DNA of 64,000 nt, taken from the IMG/VR virus record IMGVR_UViG_3300015249_000001, positions 1-64,000 of that record. One strand, given 5' to 3'. The translations under genes were made by a program, and so were the position numbers. Within the stretch, counting starts at the first letter, position 1. Each line of letters opens with the position of its first letter. The DNA comes from a virus. The notes below the pieces were generated by a model that was not told the origin of the DNA, searched no databases, and saw nothing but the letters and a program-made list of their open reading frames with translations. Below, in pieces: positions 35,432 through 42,393 of this stretch.

Positions 35432-35983
35432 ATGAAGACTTACCTGATAATCCTTGCAACGGCATTGCTTTCCCAGGTCCCGGAAGCGGGGGCGTCTTCG
35501 GCAGCCCTATCCTGGGACCCGTCCCCTGGGGCCACCGGATACAAGGTGTACTACGGCATCGCCCCCAGGGAGTACACCAATTCCACGGATGTGGGCAACA
35601 CTTTGTCCACCCTGGTCACTGGCCTGGAACCAAGCAAGGGGTACTACTTTGCCGCCAAGTCCTACAACACGCAGTGGCAAAGCGGCTACTCCAACGAGCA
35701 GCACGCCACCACCCCGCCGGCGCCCATGCCGGTAGGCCCCGTCACCGTGTCCGCCCCTGTCGCCGGGACAGTGTACAAGGTGGTGGCCACCCCTGCCCCT
35801 GACCCGGCAGTCACCAAGTGGGCATGGAAGTTCCCCGGCGCGGTCAACCCACTGCAATCCAAGGGCAGGCCGCTGCCGGTCACGGTGTACTTCCTTGCCC
35901 CTGGGGCGTACCGAGGGGTGCTCGTGAAGTATGTCGGCACGGCGGTCAAGGAGACAGTTACGTTCGACGTGCCGATACCATGA
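35432..35983 (+). CDS. secreted fibronectin-type-III domain protein
   Basis: 183 aa; signal peptide MKTYLIILATALLSQVPEAGA; LSWDPSPGATGYKVYYG...LEPSKGYYFAAKSYN is an FN3 pattern. Confidence 0.65.
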   Translation: MKTYLIILATALLSQVPEAGASSAALSWDPSPGATGYKVYYGIAPREYTNSTDVGNTLSTLVTGLEPSKGYYFAAKSYNTQWQSGYSNEQHATTPPAPMPVGPVTVSAPVAGTVYKVVATPAPDPAVTKWAWKFPGAVNPLQSKGRPLPVTVYFLAPGAYRGVLVKYVGTAVKETVTFDVPIP

Positions 35984-36198
35984 AAGTGACTTACCACGGT
36001 ATCCCAGGCCGGAGGATCCATGAGGAGATCGTTGGGATGACCTTTGAAATGCCGGATGACACGAAGGTCAGCTTCGGCACCACCCTGCGCCATGAAGGGG
36101 TGTCCTACAGCGTGACTTGGTGTGAGTGCAGCGTGGAGTACGACGACCCTAGATTAAACGAAATGTACCGGGTTATACCCAAGGAGAAAAAAGCATGA
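35980..36198 (+). CDS. hypothetical protein
   Basis: 72 aa from ATG 35980 (ATGA overlap). Confidence 0.5.
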   Translation: MKVTYHGIPGRRIHEEIVGMTFEMPDDTKVSFGTTLRHEGVSYSVTWCECSVEYDDPRLNEMYRVIPKEKKA

Positions 36199-36644
36199 CA
36201 ATGGTGCTGAAAGACAAGGTGTACAGTTGGATGGAAGTGCGTGTGGACGGGGAGGTCAAGTGGGCTGGAGAGGCCAGGTTGGAGTTGTCGGCCACCCATG
36301 TCCCTGGGTTTTCAAGGGTCGCTGAGGTTTGTTTCTTGTTCGACCAGGGGGAGGTTGAAATGAGATACCCCAAGGTAAGCCCTGGGCAAGCCTTGCGCGT
36401 CCTTGTGTTGCCTGGGACAGGGCAAGGGCCTATCAAGTTTGAAAACTCCTTGATAGCTAACCTGGCCGACTTGAGGGCAAAAGGGGATTCCTTGCTGTTT
36501 GTGGTGCAGGCTCAGCACGGCCCCAAGGTCTACGGGGTGCCAAGCTCCCTGCAATTCGACCCCCTGACCAGGGGGCAGGCCCAGGGGGCTGCTGCAAGCC
36601 TGACGGGCACCTCAATTACATGCTGCCTTGGGGGGAGCCTGTAA
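36195..36644 (+). CDS. hypothetical protein
   Basis: 149 aa; AAGGAG SD; ATGA overlap. Confidence 0.55.
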   Translation: MTMVLKDKVYSWMEVRVDGEVKWAGEARLELSATHVPGFSRVAEVCFLFDQGEVEMRYPKVSPGQALRVLVLPGTGQGPIKFENSLIANLADLRAKGDSLLFVVQAQHGPKVYGVPSSLQFDPLTRGQAQGAAASLTGTSITCCLGGSL

Positions 36645-36892
36645 GGCTGGGAAGGTACCTCTCGGAGGACGGTGCGCACCTTGTTGACTTGCAAGAGGTT
36701 GCCGACCTGCTCTCTCTGCCCTTGGAAATTGTGTTCCCCGATGTAAGGAAATTGCTGGGTGTGGTCGTATCTGGGGTAATTCGGGAAATGGCCGGTGGCA
36801 AGAAGTACCTGGAATCCGGTGCATTCTATAAGTCCGTGTTCCAGTGGTTCGCCAAGGTCTACCACGACAGCCACTACGTCAAGAAGGCTTGA
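36620..36892 (+). CDS. hypothetical protein
   Basis: 90 aa; overlaps previous gene by 25 nt; possible HTH-like DLQEVADLLSLPLEIV. Confidence 0.4.
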   Translation: MLPWGEPVRLGRYLSEDGAHLVDLQEVADLLSLPLEIVFPDVRKLLGVVVSGVIREMAGGKKYLESGAFYKSVFQWFAKVYHDSHYVKKA

Positions 36893-36946
36893 AAAACACG
36901 CATAACCTGTTAAGCTTAAAGGGATTTTGGCTTGCAGGGGAACGTT

Positions 36947-37216
36947 ATGACTACACCTTTGGATGTGCTTTGTGACCTTGGATGGGTATTGGCCGCAGGG
37001 GGGTTTGGGGCTGCGGCCTGGGCGGTGCCGAAGTACCTTTGGTACCGGGCGGAGATACAGTTCTTTGCCGAGCAGTACCAAGAAGCCTTTGTCGAGCTGC
37101 AAGCATTAAGGGACAAGCTGGGCATGTCCAGGATTGCCCATGCCCTGGACGACCTTAAGTCAGGGCGCAAGCAATGCGTCCACTACTTCGACTACCTTTG
37201 GAAGGGGCCTAAGTGA
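36947..37216 (+). CDS. small membrane protein
   Basis: 89 aa from ATG 36947; TM LGWVLAAGGFGAAAWAV. Confidence 0.5.
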   Translation: MTTPLDVLCDLGWVLAAGGFGAAAWAVPKYLWYRAEIQFFAEQYQEAFVELQALRDKLGMSRIAHALDDLKSGRKQCVHYFDYLWKGPK

Positions 37217-37539
37217 TGGTGCCCATGAACCCGATCACCATCCCGGTGCCCACCATCGTCGAGTGGGCGCAGTACGGCATCACCCCAGGGGTCATGATGT
37301 TCATGATGGTCGCTGGCTGGCTTTTCACCGTGGCCATCGTGTGCAGGATGTTCATCCTGTTCGTCAAATGGCACACCTCGGAAATGGGCAAGGTGGGGGC
37401 GGCACATGCGGTCGAGCGGGACAACTTCTACAACAAGCTTGACGCCTTGCGGGACTCCCATGACAGGGAAATATCCAGGCTGTACGACCTGATCGGGGAG
37501 CTTTCTGACAGGGTGGCACGGGCCTTGGATAATGCTTGA
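37213..37539 (+). CDS. membrane protein with C-terminal coiled coil
   Basis: 108 aa; ATGA overlap; TM GVMMFMMVAGWLFTVAIVCRMFILF. Confidence 0.55.
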   Translation: MMVPMNPITIPVPTIVEWAQYGITPGVMMFMMVAGWLFTVAIVCRMFILFVKWHTSEMGKVGAAHAVERDNFYNKLDALRDSHDREISRLYDLIGELSDRVARALDNA

Positions 37540-37565
37540 CATATTGTAATTACAAAAGTTAATAT
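37536..37565 (+). promoter_or_regulatory. sigma70-like promoter with dyad in the spacer
   Basis: TTGACA (overlaps stop codon), 18-nt spacer containing TTGTAATTACAA (37544-55), TAATAT. Confidence 0.55.
37544..37555. promoter_or_regulatory. dyad TTGTAATTACAA (exact)
   Basis: inside the 18-nt spacer of promoter 37536-37565. Confidence 0.7.
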
Positions 37566-37571
37566 TGATCT

Positions 37572-37671
37572 GCCAGCGGAAAGCAGTGGGGGCTTTCCGC
37601 TGGCGATTTCAAATCACCACCAACCCCGGAGATGCAAGGCGCCCCTCGTAGGCCTTGCACCGGGGTTTTTT
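37572..37671 (+). ncRNA. candidate structured leader / short RNA (two hairpins, second is a terminator)
   Basis: 13-bp perfect stem 37572-84/37592-604; CCCCGG..TGCAAGGC-11nt-GCCTTGCA..CCGGGG + T6 (37624-37671). Confidence 0.4.
37624..37671 (+). terminator. intrinsic terminator
   Basis: two-tier GC stem followed by TTTTTT ending at the base before ATG 37672. Confidence 0.6.
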
Positions 37672-37866
37672 ATGGGGAAAATTATGGGGCCTACTTTTTG
37701 GAATTTCTTCTGGCAGGCACACCTTCCGGGTGTGCTGGGGCTGTGTGGTATCTTCAATGTGCTGTTTTTTAAAGGCAGCCCGATAGGGTTGGGTTTTTCC
37801 TTGCTAGGCTTCTACTTGTCCGTCCTGGAACTCAAGTCCTTGATGGGCAAGTGCAGGCAGGGGTAG
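37672..37866 (+). CDS. small two-TM membrane protein
   Basis: 64 aa; MGKIMGPTFWNFFW... N-terminus resembles that of 33930 gene; no SD (starts right after terminator T-run). Confidence 0.4.
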   Translation: MGKIMGPTFWNFFWQAHLPGVLGLCGIFNVLFFKGSPIGLGFSLLGFYLSVLELKSLMGKCRQG

Positions 37867-37869
37867 GCC

Positions 37870-38238
37870 ATGCCCTGCGTGTGTGATTACACTGCTCCCC
37901 AGGTTTACCTGGCTAAGCAAGTCAAGGCCAGGAAAAGCCATGTTTGTGAGGAGTGCCGCAACACGATAAGGGCCGGGGACGCTTACGAGAGAGTTTCAGG
38001 CCTATGGGAGGGGCAATGGGAAACTTTCAGGACTTGCCTTGGGTGCGTGTCCTTGAGACAGTACACCGAAGGGTACGTGCCTTGCGTCTGTTGGCAACAT
38101 GGCAACATGGTGGAGGACTGCCTGGAAACGCTGCAAGAGTATGCCCATGAGTTACCAGGGATGTTGTTCGGGGCTTATAGGTTGATAGTCAAAAATAAAC
38201 TTAATAGGAGAAACACATGCAAGACCAAGAATACATAG
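37870..38238 (+). CDS. Cys-rich hypothetical protein
   Basis: 122 aa; several CxxC (CEEC, CLGC). Confidence 0.5.
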   Translation: MPCVCDYTAPQVYLAKQVKARKSHVCEECRNTIRAGDAYERVSGLWEGQWETFRTCLGCVSLRQYTEGYVPCVCWQHGNMVEDCLETLQEYAHELPGMLFGAYRLIVKNKLNRRNTCKTKNT

Positions 38239-38612
38239 ACAACGTACTGCGCACGGAATCCCCGGTAAACCCGGAAATGTTGGCCCGCATGGCCAACCCG
38301 GAGACCTTGAGGTTGCTCCATGCAGTGATAGGCATGGTCACGGAGGCCGGTGAACTGGCGGACGCCCTCAAGAAGCATATCTTTTATGGCAAGCCCCTCG
38401 ACCGCATTAACGTCCTGGAAGAAGTGGGGGACAGCCAATGGTACGCCGCCCTTGCCGTGGACATCTTGAAGTCCACGATGGCAGAAGTCAGGCAGGTCAA
38501 CATTGCAAAACTAAGGGCCAGGTTCCCTGACAAGTTCAACGCAAAGGATGCGCAAGACAGGGACTTGGCTAACGAAAGGGCGGTCTTGGAGCAAGGGCAT
38601 GGACAAGGCTGA
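38217..38612 (+). CDS. mazG: MazG-like nucleotide pyrophosphohydrolase
   Basis: 131 aa; VTEAGELADALKK...EEVGDSQWY pattern of phage MazG; AGGAGAAACAC before ATG. Confidence 0.75.
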   Translation: MQDQEYIDNVLRTESPVNPEMLARMANPETLRLLHAVIGMVTEAGELADALKKHIFYGKPLDRINVLEEVGDSQWYAALAVDILKSTMAEVRQVNIAKLRARFPDKFNAKDAQDRDLANERAVLEQGHGQG

Positions 38613-38880
38613 ACTATTTTCCTTCCTCCTGTCAGGTATGGTGTCTGGCATCTGGGTCGGTTGGTTGCTCTGGGGGCGGGGCTGTTCCCGCTACCAATGG
38701 CTGCGCCAGCAAAGGTGTGTGGACGGCACGCTGGTGGTTGTCAAGGCAGGCACGTACATGCCCTTCCAGGATGCAGTCAGCCTACCTACCAAGGCCCTGG
38801 TGCGCCTTAGGGACTTGGACGACGCCATTGACTGTCACTTGGACTGGCATGAACCCGAGGAACCTGACGATGCTGACTAA
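38599..38880 (+). CDS. small membrane protein
   Basis: 93 aa from ATG 38599; TM LFSFLLSGMVSGIWVGWLLW; acidic tail. Confidence 0.45.
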   Translation: MDKAELFSFLLSGMVSGIWVGWLLWGRGCSRYQWLRQQRCVDGTLVVVKAGTYMPFQDAVSLPTKALVRLRDLDDAIDCHLDWHEPEEPDDAD

Positions 38881-39220
38881 AGAACAACTGGATAACCTGT
38901 ATAAGCTAGCCCGGACGAAGCCGGTGGTGGCCGCTGCAATGGCTAGCTACTCCAGGGCCAATTCCGGCGTCTCAGAGACGGAAATGCTATACGGCCTTGT
39001 GGTTGCCTTGCAGTCCCAGGTGGACACCCTGGAAGAGGCCTTGTTGAAGCAAACGAAAACCCAAGTGCCACAGTTCTTGCTGAAAGGGGTTGATCCCGGA
39101 CTGTTGCAAGGCAGTTCTCCCGTGCCTTATGAAGTGCCCCGTTGCTCTTGTTGTGGCGCTACAAGGGACGAGGGAGTTAGGTTGCAGAATGGGCCTTACA
39201 GATGCAGCAATTGTTTATAG
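38870..39220 (+). CDS. hypothetical protein with C-terminal CxxC pairs
   Basis: 116 aa from ATG 38870 (overlaps previous stop); CSCCG...CSNC. Confidence 0.5.
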   Translation: MLTKEQLDNLYKLARTKPVVAAAMASYSRANSGVSETEMLYGLVVALQSQVDTLEEALLKQTKTQVPQFLLKGVDPGLLQGSSPVPYEVPRCSCCGATRDEGVRLQNGPYRCSNCL

Positions 39221-39229
39221 CGGGTTACT

Positions 39230-39514
39230 ATGCCAAAGGTTTTGAACAAATTTAAGGAGGGCGTGCCCCAAGGGTCTGTTTACATAGGCCGCCCTAGCAA
39301 GTGGGGCAACCCCTATGTTATCGGTAAGGATGGGTGCAGGGACGAGGTTATCCACAAGTACAAGGTTTGGCTGACTGCACAACCTTCCAAGGTGGCGGAA
39401 GCCCAAAGGGAGTTGGCAGGCAAGGACTTGGTTTGCTTCTGTGCCCCCTTGGCTTGTCACGGTGACGTGCTCTTGGAGGTTGCCAATAGGGGCATAACTG
39501 TTGGGGACACCTAG
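39230..39514 (+). CDS. DUF4326-like protein
   Basis: 94 aa; IGRPSKWGNPY...KYKVWL...LAGKDLVCFCAPLACHGDVL matches the DUF4326 pattern as I recall it. Confidence 0.65.
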   Translation: MPKVLNKFKEGVPQGSVYIGRPSKWGNPYVIGKDGCRDEVIHKYKVWLTAQPSKVAEAQRELAGKDLVCFCAPLACHGDVLLEVANRGITVGDT

Positions 39515-39542
39515 TGCCTTTTCAGGAAACGGAGGAGTTAAA

Positions 39543-39806
39543 ATGAAAGTTTTAAAATGGCAATTGGAAGTCAAGGACTACCAAACCTTGCTGCTGCCCA
39601 AAGGCGCAAAGGTATTGGATATACAGCCCAAGGGGGAGTCCGTTTATTTGTGGGCATTGTGCGATTTGGAAGCAGACAAGGAGCCTAGGAAGTTTGCAAT
39701 CTATGGCACGGGATACCCGGTGCCGGAGGAACCTGGGCAGTACCAGGCAACCGTGCAGCTATATGAAGGTTCCTTTGTGGGCCATATATTTGAGGTGGAG
39801 CAATGA
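39543..39806 (+). CDS. hypothetical protein, paralog family member 1
   Basis: 87 aa from ATG 39543 (GGAGG SD); similar to 51709-52011 and 52067-52365 (..LLLPKGAKVLD..VYLWAL..HIFEVE). Confidence 0.6.
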   Translation: MKVLKWQLEVKDYQTLLLPKGAKVLDIQPKGESVYLWALCDLEADKEPRKFAIYGTGYPVPEEPGQYQATVQLYEGSFVGHIFEVEQ

Positions 39807-40324
39807 CAGACCTTATCAGCCCGGGGGACAGGGAAGGCCACCGGTTTTACCACGCAGAGGACTACGCCGCCCTGCTGGGAGTGGATATGCACCATTTCAA
39901 GGGGGTGCTGATGCAGTTCCCCTGGTACGGGAAGGTCGGCCCAGGCTTGCCTTGGGTGTCGGAAGCAGACCATAAAGAATACCTAAGCCCCTTGCTGTCC
40001 TGGTGGGTGTGGGATGACACGTGGGTGTGGATTAAGTTGCTGTCCGCCAAGTTGGAGGAACTCAAAGCCATCCAAGACAGTTGTAAGTTCATGGGCAGTG
40101 AAGACCTTGTGGATTGCGGGGCGGCTGACGCCCTGCACCAAGTGGGCCTGGAGCTGAGGGGGTTGGCTACCCCTCCCTGGATACCTGTGGGCGTGCAGTT
40201 GCCTAAAAAGCGGGGGTATTATGCAGTGCAGTCGAAGGACTCCCGCAAAGGCATGTGGTTCCGGTACAAGTTTGTCCCCGGCAAGGGGTTCCCCGACTTT
40301 ATCACCTGTTGGAAAGAGTTATGA
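39803..40324 (+). CDS. hypothetical protein
   Basis: 173 aa; ATGA overlap. Confidence 0.55.
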   Translation: MTDLISPGDREGHRFYHAEDYAALLGVDMHHFKGVLMQFPWYGKVGPGLPWVSEADHKEYLSPLLSWWVWDDTWVWIKLLSAKLEELKAIQDSCKFMGSEDLVDCGAADALHQVGLELRGLATPPWIPVGVQLPKKRGYYAVQSKDSRKGMWFRYKFVPGKGFPDFITCWKEL

Positions 40325-40785
40325 AAGTTATAATCATAACTATCCTCTGGGCACTCCCAGGATTAATGGTCACAGGGCTTCTAGTGTCCCTGGCGTTCCG
40401 TAAGCACAGGCTTAAGGCAAGCCCTACCCCAAAGCCGGGTAGTATGCTGGTAAGGCATATACCCACGGACAACTTGGGATACTGGGGGTATCCTTTGAAG
40501 GGTTATGGCAAGGCTGATGCAACCTGCCCTGTAAACCAAGAAATCCCCCTTACCGGTAGGGCGTTTATGGTGGTGGCCTATACGGACGAGTATGGCCCGC
40601 TGATCTTGTCCAGCCATATAGGGCTGACCAGGCGGGCCGTGCAAGACTCAGTGATGGCAAGGGCCAGGCAGGAAGGTTTCAGTGGTAGCCTGGAAGAGCG
40701 CTTAGAAGAGCTAGGCTGGGAAATTTGTGAATTTGATCTAGTCCAGGTGCCGGCTGACCCGGTAAGTACAATTCAAGGGGAGTAA
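40321..40785 (+). CDS. membrane-anchored hypothetical protein
   Basis: 154 aa from ATG 40321 (ATGA overlap); N-terminal TM IIITILWALPGLMVTGLLVSLAF. Confidence 0.55.
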   Translation: MKVIIITILWALPGLMVTGLLVSLAFRKHRLKASPTPKPGSMLVRHIPTDNLGYWGYPLKGYGKADATCPVNQEIPLTGRAFMVVAYTDEYGPLILSSHIGLTRRAVQDSVMARARQEGFSGSLEERLEELGWEICEFDLVQVPADPVSTIQGE

Positions 40786-40788
40786 ACT

Positions 40789-41028
40789 ATGAATAATATA
40801 CAAGAAGACCATAGCGCTGTGCATTGGTTTTGCTTTTCATACACTGGGAAGTGCAGCGAGACAGGGGGGCCTGCTACGGCGAGCGCATATGTGGGCTACC
40901 TTGGGAGGGTGGTGACAAGACCCATGATAGAGAGCAATAAAGCGGTTGCTGGAGTAACCGAGGACTCAGCCTTGATAGCGGTGTCCTACCTGGGAGAAAT
41001 GACAAGGGAAGAATTTTTGGGTCACTAA
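40789..41028 (+). CDS. hypothetical protein
   Basis: 79 aa; AAGGGGAG SD. Confidence 0.55.
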   Translation: MNNIQEDHSAVHWFCFSYTGKCSETGGPATASAYVGYLGRVVTRPMIESNKAVAGVTEDSALIAVSYLGEMTREEFLGH

Positions 41029-41052
41029 CAGAGAAAATTACGAGTGGGACTA

Positions 41053-41094
41053 GGGGCGGCTGTGCAGTTTTGTGGGTGCTGCACCCGCCCCTTT
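41053..41094 (+). terminator. terminator-like GC hairpin
   Basis: GGGGCGG..TGCAG-loop-CTGCA..CCGCCCC then TTTG; follows gene 40789-41028. Confidence 0.45.
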
Positions 41095-41125
41095 GAAAAC
41101 CCGCGTAGGACGGTGGAATCAGTAC

Positions 41126-41155
41126 TTGACAAGATGTAAAGAATGATGCTATACT
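41126..41155 (+). promoter_or_regulatory. sigma70-like promoter
   Basis: TTGACA, 18-nt spacer, TATACT. Confidence 0.6.
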
Positions 41156-41161
41156 ATTATC

Positions 41162-41218
41162 TCAAGTTGGGTTGTTGACTTGTCCTCCTACTGACCTGCC
41201 CTAAGGCGGGTCTTTTTT
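41162..41218 (+). ncRNA. candidate ~55-nt attenuated transcript
   Basis: region between promoter 41126-55 and terminator 41193-41218. Confidence 0.3.
41193..41218 (+). terminator. intrinsic terminator
   Basis: GACCTGCC-CTAA-GGCGGGTC (one G-U) followed by TTTTTT. Confidence 0.6.
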
Positions 41219-41239
41219 GGGTAGGTGAATAATCACTTT

Positions 41240-41251
41240 TTGTAATTACAA
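41240..41251. promoter_or_regulatory. dyad TTGTAATTACAA (exact)
   Basis: long form 41231-41252; 16 nt before ATG 41268. Confidence 0.7.
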
Positions 41252-41267
41252 AACTTAGGAGAAGGCA

Positions 41268-41534
41268 ATGGCCTACTGTGCATACAATGGGGTCAACCAC
41301 CTGTACTACCGGGCGGACAACCTGGTTGACTTGGTGAAGTTGTTCACCAAGTTCCACATAGACGGAAAGACTGGCAAGACTGTGGTTAAAGTGGCAGGCT
41401 ATGCAGCCTGTCCCGGCACACGCTACAACATGAAGGAATGGACAGTGGGCGAGGTAGAAATCGACCTTGTTAAGCTTGTCCTTAGGGATATTAAGCGGGG
41501 GGATTACAAGATCACCCTATACAAGCAACTTTAA
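41268..41534 (+). CDS. hypothetical protein
   Basis: 88 aa; full cassette (dyad 41240-51, AGGAGAAGGCA) before ATG. Confidence 0.65.
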   Translation: MAYCAYNGVNHLYYRADNLVDLVKLFTKFHIDGKTGKTVVKVAGYAACPGTRYNMKEWTVGEVEIDLVKLVLRDIKRGDYKITLYKQL

Positions 41535-41546
41535 CGGGAGAAGACA

Positions 41547-42020
41547 ATGGAAAGAATATTGAACCATATAGAAGAGGGGGGTGTAGAACTTACCCTCTGG
41601 GCGTACGAAAACCCACCCCAGTGGTGGTACATCTTAAAACATGAAGTTGGCGGGGAGTTGATAAGCAAGTGCCGTTATACTGACCAGTTTGAGGCCAGCG
41701 AGGCATACGAGGCCAAATATAAACAACTGTTCGCACAACTCCGGTTTAAGCCTTGCTGGGACAGCCAGCCCGAAATAGATGGGGATACAGGGGAGTCCCA
41801 AGTGGTGCTGTTGCTGCACACAGAAGCCAAGGAGTACAGGGCAGGTGTGTTCGTGTCCTTTGCGCAGAAACCTACTGTTGAAAATACACAGTTATATTTG
41901 ACAGGGCACGGTGACGGGGCAGTTGACCGGGCAAAGTTCCTTTGGAGCCCCTTGCCGGACGCAACCCTGTACATCGCATCTTGTAACTACAAAAAAGGAA
42001 AAGACAATGGAAAAATATGA
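41547..42020 (+). CDS. hypothetical protein
   Basis: 157 aa; GGGAGAAGACA before ATG; C-terminus CNYKKGKDNGKI is encoded by the next gene's cassette. Confidence 0.65.
   Translation: MERILNHIEEGGVELTLWAYENPPQWWYILKHEVGGELISKCRYTDQFEASEAYEAKYKQLFAQLRFKPCWDSQPEIDGDTGESQVVLLLHTEAKEYRAGVFVSFAQKPTVENTQLYLTGHGDGAVDRAKFLWSPLPDATLYIASCNYKKGKDNGKI
41981..41992. promoter_or_regulatory. dyad TTGTAACTACAA (exact)
   Basis: 14 nt before ATG 42007; inside last codons of upstream gene. Confidence 0.7.
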
Positions 42021-42393
42021 GACAAGCGGGGGCTTTGACATTCAAGATGACCCTAAACAGTACCAGACTGAAATAGAGTTTTATAAGGATAAGATAACCC
42101 TGGCACGTACGCTGTTGGACGACGTAGTGTCGGCAATGGTGACTTTCTTCAACCCAGGGGAACCCGATGGGGCTGGCTTCCTTGGAGGCCTGATGTGGCA
42201 GCGTGGGAATTATGTCAATGACCCTGGACGGGTTTCCAAGGGGCATGAACTTTATGCCCGGTGGGACGGGCCGCACCTGAGGGTGTATAAGGATTTTTCC
42301 CAACTATATTGGACAACCCCCGAAACAGGGGATGAGCTTTGGGTGGACATGCCATTTTGTAATGACAAAAAAGGAGAAGGAAATGGGGATTAA
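42007..42393 (+). CDS. hypothetical protein
   Basis: 128 aa from ATG 42007 (dyad 41981-92 + AGGAAAAGACA); C-terminus FCNDKKGEGNGD again encoded by next cassette. Confidence 0.65.
   Translation: MEKYETSGGFDIQDDPKQYQTEIEFYKDKITLARTLLDDVVSAMVTFFNPGEPDGAGFLGGLMWQRGNYVNDPGRVSKGHELYARWDGPHLRVYKDFSQLYWTTPETGDELWVDMPFCNDKKGEGNGD
42357..42368. promoter_or_regulatory. dyad TTGTAATGACAA (1 mismatch)
   Basis: 14 nt before ATG 42383; inside last codons of upstream gene. Confidence 0.6.
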
